A DNA stretch of 64,000 nt from assembly GCA_965219085.1 (NCBI GenBank), contig OZ244720.1, forward strand, positions 1,152,001-1,216,000, read 5' to 3'. The position numbers were made by a program, and so were the translations under genes. This stretch comes from Dehalococcoidia bacterium. GTDB taxonomy: Bacteria; Chloroflexota; Dehalococcoidia; UBA2979. Of this stretch, positions 37,703 to 46,638 are shown one piece after another; within the stretch, counting starts at the first letter, position 1; each line of letters opens with the position of its first letter. The notes under the pieces are model-generated. The model was not told the DNA's origin. It did no database searches and saw only the letters and a list, made by a program, of their open reading frames with translations.

Positions 37703-38164
37703 ATGCCCCCAACCGGGTACTTCATCGACGCGCACCTGCTCGTCCTTCTGGTGGTAGGGAACGAGGACCGCGTCCTGATCAACAGGCACCGGCGGCTCAG
37801 ACAGTACACCGCCGAGGACTACGACCTGCTCCTCGAGATCGTCGCCGGCGTCACGGATATCTACGTAACGCCGAACACCCTCACCGAGGCCTCGAACCTG
37901 CTGAGGCAGCACGAGGAGCCCGAGCGCTCCCGCCTCTCCGAGCAACTGAGGTGGCTGATAGAAGGCAGCGAGGAGATCACGGTCCGGAGCGCAGTCGCGT
38001 CGTCCAACAGCGAGTACGTTCGGCTCGGTTTGACCGACGCAGCGTTGCTTGAGGTCGCTACCGCCGACACTCCATTGATCACGAGAGACGTCATTCTGTA
38101 CATCGCGGCGTGCGAGAAAGACCCGCATGCGGCTCTGAACTTCGACCACTACCGCGGCCTCTGA
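37703..38164 (+). CDS. PIN-domain protein
   Basis: FIDAHLLVLLVVG...VTPNTLTEASNLL...LGLTDAALL...LITRD. Confidence 0.85.
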   Translation: MPPTGYFIDAHLLVLLVVGNEDRVLINRHRRLRQYTAEDYDLLLEIVAGVTDIYVTPNTLTEASNLLRQHEEPERSRLSEQLRWLIEGSEEITVRSAVASSNSEYVRLGLTDAALLEVATADTPLITRDVILYIAACEKDPHAALNFDHYRGL

Positions 38165-38228
38165 ACCGGCCACCGCCTCCACCCAGACCGCGCCGTCGCC
38201 AAGCAAGAGAAGTCGTCACCGACGCGGA

Positions 38229-39038
38229 TTAGCGGACGGCGAGCACCCCCATCTGCGCGAACGTGTAGAACGGCGACTCTGACTCGGCCCACGTCGCCCA
38301 GGCGACCGACAGTCGGTCCAGGTCGGCCTGGGTGGCGTATCCGTACTCGACGGCCTGCTCCGCGACGCTCGAGTAGAGGATGCGCTGCGACCACGTGCGA
38401 CCCCAGATCCTCGCCTCCTCACCGTCGAGGGCGACGACGTTGGGGTGCAACTCGATCTCCGGGAACCCGGCGGCACGGACCCACCCAGGCAGGGCGCGGC
38501 CCGCGTCGGGTTCGGCGTCATTGTGGTACGCGGTCTGGTGGTAGAGCCGGTTCCAGTCCTCGAACTCCGGGAACCTGGGCGAGGGGCTCATCGTCGCGTA
38601 GTCGGCGTCGCGCACGGCGAGCAGGCCGCCCGGCCTGAGCACGCGCCGCATCTCGCGGATCGCGCGCACCGGGTCGGTCAGGTGCTGCAGCAGCTGGTTG
38701 GCGTAGACGACGTCGAACGCCGCGTCCGGGTCGTCGAGGGCGTAGACATCGCCGACGACGAACGTGACGTTGTCGACGCCCTCCCCGGCGGCGTGGGCGC
38801 GCGCGTGTTCGAGGACGCCCGGCGCCACGTCGAGCCCTGTCACGTCGCCGGGCGAGACGGCGCGCGCGAGGCCGGCGGTGACCGTGCCCGGCCCGCAGCC
38901 GGCGTCGAGCAGGCGCATGCCGGGCGCCAGGCGCGGCAGCAGGAACCACGCCTCGACCTCGGCGCGACGCCGCGCGTGCGACCGTACGACGGACTCGTGG
39001 TGGCCGTGCGTGTAGCGGTCGCGCGGGGTGTCACTCAT
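38229..39038 (-). CDS. Class I SAM-dependent methyltransferase
   Basis: YTHGHHESV, LLDAGCGPG, FDVVYANQLLQH, LRPGG. Confidence 0.92.
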   Translation of the reverse strand: MSDTPRDRYTHGHHESVVRSHARRRAEVEAWFLLPRLAPGMRLLDAGCGPGTVTAGLARAVSPGDVTGLDVAPGVLEHARAHAAGEGVDNVTFVVGDVYALDDPDAAFDVVYANQLLQHLTDPVRAIREMRRVLRPGGLLAVRDADYATMSPSPRFPEFEDWNRLYHQTAYHNDAEPDAGRALPGWVRAAGFPEIELHPNVVALDGEEARIWGRTWSQRILYSSVAEQAVEYGYATQADLDRLSVAWATWAESESPFYTFAQMGVLAVR

Positions 39039-39304
39039 CCGCGAATCCGTCCCCGTCTCGTCTCGCCTGTGCGGTCGCCGGGGCATCTTACGGCGGGCGT
39101 GCGGGGGGAGGAGGCGTCGCTGGCCGAGTGGTCGCTGGGGCTGGTTGCTGGCACTGGATTGGGAGCAGGCACGTGACACGATGGTGGCTCTGTTGGTGGT
39201 AGGCTGAGGGAAGCGCTGACGCGGGCATGCGGATTCAGTTTGGGCGACGACCGTGCGTTGGCATGGCGAGTGAACGTTCCGCACCAGGAGACCTGGGACA
39301 GAAG

Positions 39305-39601
39305 ATGCCTGATCCTGTCGAAGTCCGCGTCAACGACGTCGGCGACATCCTCTACCTGAGGTTCCTGCGCGCGAAGATCGCTGTCAGCCGCGAGGTCGAT
39401 GACCTGCGCTGCGCCGACTACGACAGCGAGGGGCGCCTGATCGGCGTCGAGCTCATCGGGCTCCCGGGCGGCGTGAGCCTCGTCGGGCTGCCGGAGGCGG
39501 AGCGCATCCGCGACGCGCTGATCGAGCACGGCCCGCCGAAGCTGCGCGTCGAAGGCGACGAGGTGTTCCACCCGCTCAACAAGTCGGCAGCGACCTCCTG
39601 A
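39305..39601 (+). CDS. DUF2283-like small protein
   Basis: DILYLRF...SREV...ADYDSEGRLIGVEL; start uncertain. Confidence 0.7.
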   Translation: MPDPVEVRVNDVGDILYLRFLRAKIAVSREVDDLRCADYDSEGRLIGVELIGLPGGVSLVGLPEAERIRDALIEHGPPKLRVEGDEVFHPLNKSAATS

Positions 39602-39671
39602 ACCGCGCTCCGGCGTTCACGGCGAGCGTCGGGGAGGAACGTGACATGAGCTTCCGGAGGACGGGCACAGC

Positions 39672-39887
39672 TTGAAGGTCAGCCACGACCCCGAGACCGA
39701 CATGATGTACATCGAGTTCGAGGAGCGACCCAGCCTCGAATCGTTCGAGTTGTTCGACGGCATCGTCGTCGACCTCGACGCGGACGAGCACGTCGTGGGT
39801 ATCGAGATCGAGTGGGCGTCGAAGAAGTTCGATGTCGAGCAGTTGCGCACCGCCCTCGAATCGAAGCGCGTCCCTCGCCCCGCCTGA
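39672..39887 (+). CDS. DUF2283-like small protein
   Basis: VSHDPETDMMYIEF...GIVVDLDADEHVVGIEIEWASK; GGAGG RBS. Confidence 0.8.
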   Translation: MKVSHDPETDMMYIEFEERPSLESFELFDGIVVDLDADEHVVGIEIEWASKKFDVEQLRTALESKRVPRPA

Positions 39888-39927
39888 CGGACGACTTCCG
39901 GCAGCCTGAGCCCCGTATACTCGCGAC

Positions 39928-40734
39928 GTGATCGAGCAGCCGCCGGACGGCGTTGAGCGCCGCCCCGTCACCACCGCCGCACGCATCCTCATGAGCGGCC
40001 CCGTCGCCCTCGTCTCCACGCGCGACAAGGGCGAGAGCAATGTGCTGCCCGTGGCCTGGCACATGCCGCTCTCGCTCGAGCCGCCCCTCGTCGGCATCGC
40101 ACTCGAGCAGTCCCGGTACAGCCTCGACATGATCCGCGGCTCCGAGCAGTTCGCGATCAACATTCCCACCCGCGCCCTGCTCCACCACGTCCAGTACCTC
40201 GGGGGCTACACCGGCGAGGACATCGACAAGTTCGAGGCGACCCAGCTCGAGATCTTCACCCCCACCCACGTCGACGCGCCGCTGCTGCAGTACTGCGCCG
40301 CGTGGATCGAGTGCGAGCTGCAGGACACGATCGTGCTCGGCGACCACGAGCTGTGCATCGGCCTCGTCGTCGCCGTCCACGTCGACGTCGAGGCGTTCGA
40401 CGAGCGCTGGCTGCTGCGCGCCGACGAGCACAGCCCCCTGCACTTCCTCGGCGGCAACGAGTACGCGCAGCTCGGCCAGGTGCTGGAGGCGCGTGTGCCT
40501 CGGTCGTTCGAGGCGCCCGAGCAGATCCTCGCCGAGCGCATCGCCGAGGAGCTGGATCTGACCGAGGAGGCGCGCGAGCGCCGCGCGGAACAGCTCGACG
40601 AGGTGCAGCGGGAGGTCGACGCGGGCAACGTCGTGGACCTTGCGAGCCTCGCCGATCCGGATCTGCCGGACTTCGACCTCTCGGCGGGCATCATCATCGG
40701 CGAGCCGCCGCCCGGCGGGCCGCCCGAGGAGTAG
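39928..40734 (+). CDS. Flavin reductase-like protein
   Basis: PVALVST...NVLPVAWH..LSLEPP...FAINIP...IECEL...GDH. Confidence 0.88.
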   Translation: MIEQPPDGVERRPVTTAARILMSGPVALVSTRDKGESNVLPVAWHMPLSLEPPLVGIALEQSRYSLDMIRGSEQFAINIPTRALLHHVQYLGGYTGEDIDKFEATQLEIFTPTHVDAPLLQYCAAWIECELQDTIVLGDHELCIGLVVAVHVDVEAFDERWLLRADEHSPLHFLGGNEYAQLGQVLEARVPRSFEAPEQILAERIAEELDLTEEARERRAEQLDEVQREVDAGNVVDLASLADPDLPDFDLSAGIIIGEPPPGGPPEE

Positions 40735-40749
40735 CCGGGGCGTCCCGGA

Positions 40750-42102
40750 CTACTCGACGGGGCCTTGCGGTGGCTCCGGCCGGCGACCGATCCACGCAGC
40801 CAGCAGCCCGAAGGTCACGAGCACCCCCGCCAGCGCCGCGACGCCCGCGGCCGCCTGCGGCGACGGCTCCCAGGTGTCCGCGCTGGTGCGCGGCGCGAGC
40901 GAGGCGCCGCCGGTGGTCTCCGTCGGCTGGGCGACCCGCGCGGTCGCCGCACCGTTGGCCGGCGCCGCGGGCGTGGCGGCGGGTGCGGCAGCCGCGGTCG
41001 AGGCCCCGCCACCTGTGGACGACGAGACGGCAGCCGGCGCTGGAGTGCGCGTCGGCGCTGGAGTGCGCGTCGACGTTGGAGTCGGAGTCGGCGTCGGCGT
41101 CGGCGTGGGCGTTGGTGTCGGGGTGGGCGTCGGCGTTGCTACCGGTGTGGGCGTTGGCGTCGGGGTGGGCGTCGGCGTTGGTATCGGCGTGGCCATCGGG
41201 GTGGCGAGAGCCGGAGTCGGCGTCGCGGCGGCTGTCGCGGTCACAACCGGCGTGGCCGGCCCGTCGTCGAATCCCTCGTATGCGATGCGGGCGAGGTTGC
41301 GGATCGCCTCGTACCCCGGGCCGAGGCCGTCGTCGCTCTCGGTGAGCAGCACGAGCACGAACGGCCCGGCGGGCGCGTAGACGATGCCCGCGTCGTTCGC
41401 GTAGGCGTAGAGGCGGCCCGTCTTGTGCGCGATCTCCACGTCCCCGGGCAGGAACCACGGGATGCGGTCGCGCACGAGCTGCCCGCGCAGCACCTCGAGC
41501 ATCGCCGCATCCTCGTCCGCGCCGACGAGCGTCCCGGCGTGGAGCTCGGCGAAGAAGTACGCGATGTCGTCCGCGGTGGTCGTGTACGCGCCGCCGACGA
41601 TCGTGTTGGGCATGCCGAGGCGAGCCGGCGCGGCGCCGATGGCGCTCCACTGCAGGCGGGCGGCAAGCGCCGCCGCGGTGTCGTTGTCGGAGAGCTGGAT
41701 CATGCGCCGTGCGGCCTCGCGCGCGCTCAGCTGGAAGACGTCGACGCCCTCGGCCCTGTCCGCCGTCGCCGGCCGGTACCGCCGGACGGTGATCGACTCG
41801 TCGAACGAGAACGTGCCCTGCCGCACCTGCTCGTGAGCCTCGGCCAGCACGATGAGCTTGTAGAGCGAAGCCGTGCGGAACACCTCGCCGGCGCGGTTGG
41901 AGCAGCGGCTCCCGTCGGTGAGGTCGAGGACGACGAAGCCCACACGGGCGCTGGACGCCTCGGCGTACTGCTGCATGGGCGCGCATACGTCGTCGACGGG
42001 GCCCGCGTGCGCGGTGCGGGGCACGGCGAGCGTGGCGAACGCAAGGGCCAGGACGAGCGCCGCGAGCGTGGGGCGCAGGGCGGCGCGGAGCGAGGGCGTC
42101 AT
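40750..42102 (-). CDS. Class A beta-lactamase-like serine hydrolase with PT-rich stalk and C-terminal anchor
   Basis: SxxK (ASLYK), SDN, HKTG; signal peptide; PT repeats; C-terminal TM. Confidence 0.88.
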   Translation of the reverse strand: MTPSLRAALRPTLAALVLALAFATLAVPRTAHAGPVDDVCAPMQQYAEASSARVGFVVLDLTDGSRCSNRAGEVFRTASLYKLIVLAEAHEQVRQGTFSFDESITVRRYRPATADRAEGVDVFQLSAREAARRMIQLSDNDTAAALAARLQWSAIGAAPARLGMPNTIVGGAYTTTADDIAYFFAELHAGTLVGADEDAAMLEVLRGQLVRDRIPWFLPGDVEIAHKTGRLYAYANDAGIVYAPAGPFVLVLLTESDDGLGPGYEAIRNLARIAYEGFDDGPATPVVTATAAATPTPALATPMATPIPTPTPTPTPTPTPVATPTPTPTPTPTPTPTPTPTPTSTRTPAPTRTPAPAAVSSSTGGGASTAAAAPAATPAAPANGAATARVAQPTETTGGASLAPRTSADTWEPSPQAAAGVAALAGVLVTFGLLAAWIGRRPEPPQGPVE

Positions 42103-42336
42103 CCAGACGTACTCTCCCGATCCCCGGTCGCGAAGGATAGCAACGAGCCGCCTTAGCCCGAAGCCACGCCGAACCGTCCGGCGGCGCGCGAGCACTAGTG
42201 GGAGCGGCGGTTGCCGAGACGACGGAGCAAGCGTCACGGAGTGGCTCGCGGGGCCGATTTGGTGACGTTCCGCCGCTCCAGCGCGTCGACTTTGAGCCCT
42301 CGACGCCACCGGGAGCGGGTGAGCGGGGATTCGAGG

Positions 42337-42366
42337 TTGACCACCCATCGGCCACTCTCCCATAAT
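42337..42366 (+). promoter_or_regulatory. Sigma70-type promoter
   Basis: TTGACC-N18-CATAAT, about 310 bp upstream of the next start codon. Confidence 0.6.
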
Positions 42367-42679
42367 CGCGCCGTTGAGTAATCACAGCTCGGCGATCGGC
42401 GGGAGACTCGCAGACCGGGTTCCCACGCGCGACGAGGCTGTGTCAGTCGGTGCTCGGCGAGCCGTGTCCGCCCTGCGGATGCGGGCGAGTCAGTCCGCCC
42501 GGATCGGTCCACCGTTCGTGTGTGAGCGGCGGGAGCCGAAGCCGGGCGCAGCGCATCGCAACCCGCGGGAAGGGCCGGCCGCGGGGGAGTGGGTGGGAGA
42601 CCCGCTCTCGTGTCAAGGCCGCAGCAGGCGAACGACATCGGCGTGACTGCGAAGCGCGCCAGAGTATAAGGAGAGGTAG

Positions 42680-43789
42680 ATGGACCTCGGATTCACCGAG
42701 ATGCAGGACTTGCTCAAGAACTCGGCGCGCGAGTTCCTGGAGGCCGAGTGCCCCGAGCAGCTGGTGCGCGACATGGAAGAAGATGACATGGGCTACTCGC
42801 CCGAGCTCTGGTCGATGATGGCCGAGCAGGGCTGGCAGGGCCTCCTCATCCCCGAGGAGCACGGCGGCGCCGGCCTGGACTTCCTGGACTTCTGCGTCCT
42901 GATCGAAGAGTTCGGCCGCGCGCTCGTGCCCGGCCCGTTCATGTCGAGCGTCCTCGGCGGCGCGGTCCCGATCATGGAGGCCGGCTCCGACGACCAGAAG
43001 GCGCAGTACCTGCCCGGTATCGCCTCCGGCGACCTCATCTTCACGCTCGCCCAGACCGAGCCTTCCGCCCGCTTCGACGAGGAGGGCATCCAGGCCTCCG
43101 CGACCGTCGACGGCAGCTCGGTCACCATCAGCGGCACGAAGCTGTTCGTCGCCGACGCCAACGTCGCCGACTACATGGTCGTCGCGGCCCGCTCCGGCGC
43201 GGGCGTGACGCTGGCCATCGTCCCGACGGCGCAGGACGGCGTGACGGTCAACCAGCTGCTCACGATCGCCCGCGACAAGCAGTGCGAGGTCGTCCTTGAT
43301 GGCGCGACCGGCGAGCTGCTGGGCGCCGACGGCGGCGGTTGGGACATCCTCGGCCCGGTCATGCAGAGGTACGCGGTCGCCGAGTGCGCCTACATGGTGG
43401 GCCTGGCGCAGATGGACTTCGAGATCTCGGTCGACTACGCCAAGGAGCGCGTGCAGTTCGGTCGCCCGATCGGCTCGTTCCAGGCCATCCAGCACAAGTG
43501 CGCGGACATGGTCACGGACGTCGACGGCTCGCGGTTCATCATGTACAAGGCCGCGTGGTCGCTGAACACCGACCAGGACGACGCACAGCTCGCCGTGAAC
43601 ATGGCGAAGGCGTGGACCTCCGAGGCCACCCGGCGTGTGGTCGCGCACGGGCAGCAGATCCACGGCGGCATCGGGTTCACGAAGGACTACAAGATCCAGC
43701 TGTACTACCGCCGCCAGAAGCGTGCGGAGCTCGCCTACGGCGACTCCGACCACCACCGCGAGCTCGTCGCCGACCAGCTCGGCATCTAG
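42680..43789 (+). CDS. Acyl-CoA dehydrogenase family protein
   Basis: TEP, SGTKLFV, YAKERVQFGRPIGSFQAIQH, QIHGGIGF; RBS aggagagg. Confidence 0.95.
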   Translation: MDLGFTEMQDLLKNSAREFLEAECPEQLVRDMEEDDMGYSPELWSMMAEQGWQGLLIPEEHGGAGLDFLDFCVLIEEFGRALVPGPFMSSVLGGAVPIMEAGSDDQKAQYLPGIASGDLIFTLAQTEPSARFDEEGIQASATVDGSSVTISGTKLFVADANVADYMVVAARSGAGVTLAIVPTAQDGVTVNQLLTIARDKQCEVVLDGATGELLGADGGGWDILGPVMQRYAVAECAYMVGLAQMDFEISVDYAKERVQFGRPIGSFQAIQHKCADMVTDVDGSRFIMYKAAWSLNTDQDDAQLAVNMAKAWTSEATRRVVAHGQQIHGGIGFTKDYKIQLYYRRQKRAELAYGDSDHHRELVADQLGI

Positions 43790-43812
43790 TACTCGCGGCA
43801 CGGTTCGCAATC

Positions 43813-43842
43813 AATGGGGCCGCCCTTCGGGGCGGCCCCATT
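43813..43842. terminator. Hairpin terminator between convergent genes
   Basis: aatggggccgccc-TTCG-gggcggccccatt, perfect 13-bp stem. Confidence 0.85.
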
Positions 43843-43892
43843 CGTTGTCCGGGGCAGGATGCCGGCTCTTAGATGTGGCCGCCAGGATCGGG

Positions 43893-44159
43893 CTATGCGA
43901 ACGCCGCGCCGGCGAGCTGACCGATCTGGTCGAGGAAAGCGTCCGTCGGGACCGCGCCCTCGCTCATGTCCGTCGTCAACTGCTCCAACTCGCCGAGCAG
44001 CCGCACGACATCTTCGTCCGCGGCGTCCAGCCCTGACCAGTCGACACCTGCCACGAAGTCGCAAACGGAACGCACCGGCGTGGCGCTGTCCAGCGCCTCG
44101 CGAAGCGCAGCTCGGACCTTGCGTTCGGACAGTGCCTGAATAGCGATCGTGTCGCCCAT
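43893..44159 (-). CDS. Hypothetical acidic helical protein (88 aa)
   Basis: MGDTIAIQALSERKVRAALREALD...; protein-like composition; ends before the terminator. Confidence 0.55.
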   Translation of the reverse strand: MGDTIAIQALSERKVRAALREALDSATPVRSVCDFVAGVDWSGLDAADEDVVRLLGELEQLTTDMSEGAVPTDAFLDQIGQLAGAAFA

Positions 44160-44457
44160 GATCCGTCTCTCGCGGAGCCAACTGGAACGCGAGTGGGCCG
44201 ACAACGGCCTGCCAGCCAAGCGTGCCGACGGCATCCTTCACGCCGTTATCGTACACGAGCGAGCGGCGACGAATCCCGCCTATCCCGGAGGGGCCTCGCG
44301 GATCGTGAAGCTCCTCACGGCGAACAACCAGCACATCGGGACGATCCACGAGATCGTCCTGCCGGACGGCACGGTGCCGCACTCGCACCCGAAGGACTAC
44401 ACGCGCCGCGACTGCGAACGAGTCGCGGAACCGCTCGCAGACGATGAGTCCGCCTGA
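44158..44457 (+). CDS. Hypothetical protein (99 aa)
   Basis: MIRLSRSQLEREW...IGTIHEIVLPDGTVPHSHPKDY; high GC at third codon positions. Confidence 0.6.
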   Translation: MIRLSRSQLEREWADNGLPAKRADGILHAVIVHERAATNPAYPGGASRIVKLLTANNQHIGTIHEIVLPDGTVPHSHPKDYTRRDCERVAEPLADDESA

Positions 44458-44610
44458 TTGCTGCTCGCGGGCGACCACGAACCTGCCTCGAGGGTAAGTC
44501 CGACCCGTCCGCCTCACCCCCGCTCTGCTAACATCGATGCACGGGCGCGACACGCCCGGCGCCGCGCCGCCCCAACTGCACACGTACCGATCGAGGATCG
44601 CCACGACACC

Positions 44611-45435
44611 ATGCAGAACTTCAAGACCGTGGTCCTGCTCGCCGCCATCAGCGGCCTGCTCATCGCCATCGGCGCCATGCTCGGCGGGCCCGAAGGCGTC
44701 ATCATCGCCTTCGTCATCGCCCTCGCACTCAACGTCGGCTCCTACTGGTTCTCCGCCGACATCGTGCTCAAGACCTCGCACGCCCACGAGATCGAGCACG
44801 ACGACGACCCCGACCTCTTCCGCATGATCGAGACCGTCGCCAACGCCGCGAACATGCCCATGCCGCGCGTCTACATCATCGACTCCCCACAGCCCAACGC
44901 CTTCGCCACCGGCCGCAGCCCGAAGCACGCCGCCGTTGCCGTCACGACCGGCATCCGCCGCATCCTCACCGACCGCGAGCTGCGAGGCGTCCTCGGACAC
45001 GAGATGGCGCACGTCTCCAACCGCGACATCCTCACCTCCTCGATCGTCGCGACAGTGGCCTCGGCGATCTCGCTGATCTCGTTCTTCGCGTTCTTCTTCG
45101 GGGACCGGCGCAACGGGCTCGCGCTGCTCGTCGTCGCCATCGTCGCGCCGCTCGCGGCAAGCGTGATCCAGCTCGCCATCAGCCGCGCGCGCGAGTACCA
45201 GGCCGACACGGACGGCGCCAACTATGTGAGCGACCCCCAGGCGCTCGCCTCGGCGCTGTCGAAGCTGGAGCGCGGCGCGCAGGTGATCCCGATGGAGGTG
45301 CCGAACGCGACCGCGCACCTGTTCATCGTGAACCCGCTGGCCGGGCACAGCTTCTCGGGCCTGTTCTCGACGCACCCGCCCATGGAGCGGCGCATCGAGC
45401 GCCTGCGCCAGATGTCGGGCTACGGCGGCCGGTAG
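44611..45435 (+). CDS. htpX: HtpX-family M48 zinc metalloprotease
   Basis: QPNAFATGR, GVLGHEMAH (HExxH), SRAREYQAD, LFSTHPP. Confidence 0.93.
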   Translation: MQNFKTVVLLAAISGLLIAIGAMLGGPEGVIIAFVIALALNVGSYWFSADIVLKTSHAHEIEHDDDPDLFRMIETVANAANMPMPRVYIIDSPQPNAFATGRSPKHAAVAVTTGIRRILTDRELRGVLGHEMAHVSNRDILTSSIVATVASAISLISFFAFFFGDRRNGLALLVVAIVAPLAASVIQLAISRAREYQADTDGANYVSDPQALASALSKLERGAQVIPMEVPNATAHLFIVNPLAGHSFSGLFSTHPPMERRIERLRQMSGYGGR

Positions 45436-45450
45436 GCCTGGACCTGCCCC

Positions 45451-46551
45451 TCAGTCCCCGACCGACGCGAGCACGTCGAGGTCCACCGCGGCCTGGCCGG
45501 CGTTGCGCACGAACCTCGAGAGCACCGCGGGCGGACGCTCCTGCCCCTTATCGGCATGCCCGCGCATGAGCAGGAAGAACATGCGCGTGAACGGCTCGCA
45601 GAACGACAGCCGGTAGACGTCGAAGCACTCCTCGAACGTGACGCCCTCGCCGCCGCCGGCTGCGAGGGCGTCGACGTAGCGACGCAGCAGCGCCTGCTCG
45701 TGCTCGCGCCGCTGCTCGGGCTCGAAGGCCATGCACATGAAGTAGGCGAGGTCGTACGGGCCCGGGCCGCGCGAGGCGTTCGACCAGTCGACGGCGGCGA
45801 CGGGCTCGGCGGCATCGGCGGGGAAGAACAGGTTGTCGAGCCGCAGGTCGCCGTGCAGCAGCGTCGGCGGCGACTCCGCCAGCCGTGTCACGGCCTCGCC
45901 GAGGTGGTGCGTTATCGCCTCGCCGAACGGCACAAGCTCTCCCGGCACGAGCTCCTCGATCCACTCGCGCTGCTCGCGCCAGGCGGTCGCGAACATGCGC
46001 TGCCAGACGAAGGCGCGCTCATCGATCGCGGGCATCCAGTCGAGCGCGTCCAGGTCGGGCGAGCGCCACCAGGCAGCGTGCATCGCCGCGACGGCGTCGA
46101 CGACGCGCTCGGCGTCCTCAAGCGTCGTGCCCACGAGGTCGTCGCCGGAGGCTATCGCGCCGAGGTCTTCGAGCAACAGCACGAAGGCGTCGCCGTCGTC
46201 ATCGATGGCCGCGTAGTAGCAGGCGGGGACGCGCACCGGCACGCGGCCGGCGAGTTCGCGGTAGAAGCGCACCTCGCGCTCGGGGAGGCGCAGGAAGCGG
46301 CCGCCGCCGCGCGTGAGCTCGATGGCGCTCGGCAGCTTGGCGATGATCGAGGCGGGCGCACCAGGCGCGTCGCCCTCGTAGGCGAGGCGGATCCGCGCCA
46401 CCGTGCCGCCGATGCCGCGGTCAGCTGCAACGAGCTCCGCGTGAGCCTCGGCGATGCGGGCGCCGCCGAGCACGCCCGAGTCGCGCAACGCGTCGTTGAG
46501 CCACGCGGGCGTGAACTGCGCAAGGTCGCCGGGTGTCGCGGGTACGGGCAT
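45451..46551 (-). CDS. APH/choline-kinase-like phosphotransferase
   Basis: REVRFY, LLLEDL, TLLHGDLRLDN, VDW, DLAYF. Confidence 0.88.
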   Translation of the reverse strand: MPVPATPGDLAQFTPAWLNDALRDSGVLGGARIAEAHAELVAADRGIGGTVARIRLAYEGDAPGAPASIIAKLPSAIELTRGGGRFLRLPEREVRFYRELAGRVPVRVPACYYAAIDDDGDAFVLLLEDLGAIASGDDLVGTTLEDAERVVDAVAAMHAAWWRSPDLDALDWMPAIDERAFVWQRMFATAWREQREWIEELVPGELVPFGEAITHHLGEAVTRLAESPPTLLHGDLRLDNLFFPADAAEPVAAVDWSNASRGPGPYDLAYFMCMAFEPEQRREHEQALLRRYVDALAAGGGEGVTFEECFDVYRLSFCEPFTRMFFLLMRGHADKGQERPPAVLSRFVRNAGQAAVDLDVLASVGD

Positions 46552-46638
46552 GGATGCGATAGTATCGCGACAGCACTGACACTTCGTCTCACACTAGTAC
46601 GCGGAAGCACAATCGGCACGGCACGAAGGGACCGCGAC

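Noticed and set aside
37348-38256. Short similarity between 37348-37364 and the methyltransferase 3' end around the PIN pair
   Set aside because: Needs two gaps in 17 bp; not distinguishable from chance.
40750-42102. Antibiotic-resistance beta-lactamase
   Set aside because: SxxK/SDN/KTG are present, but I see no class A omega-loop Glu motif and the protein is stalked and anchored; activity cannot be claimed.
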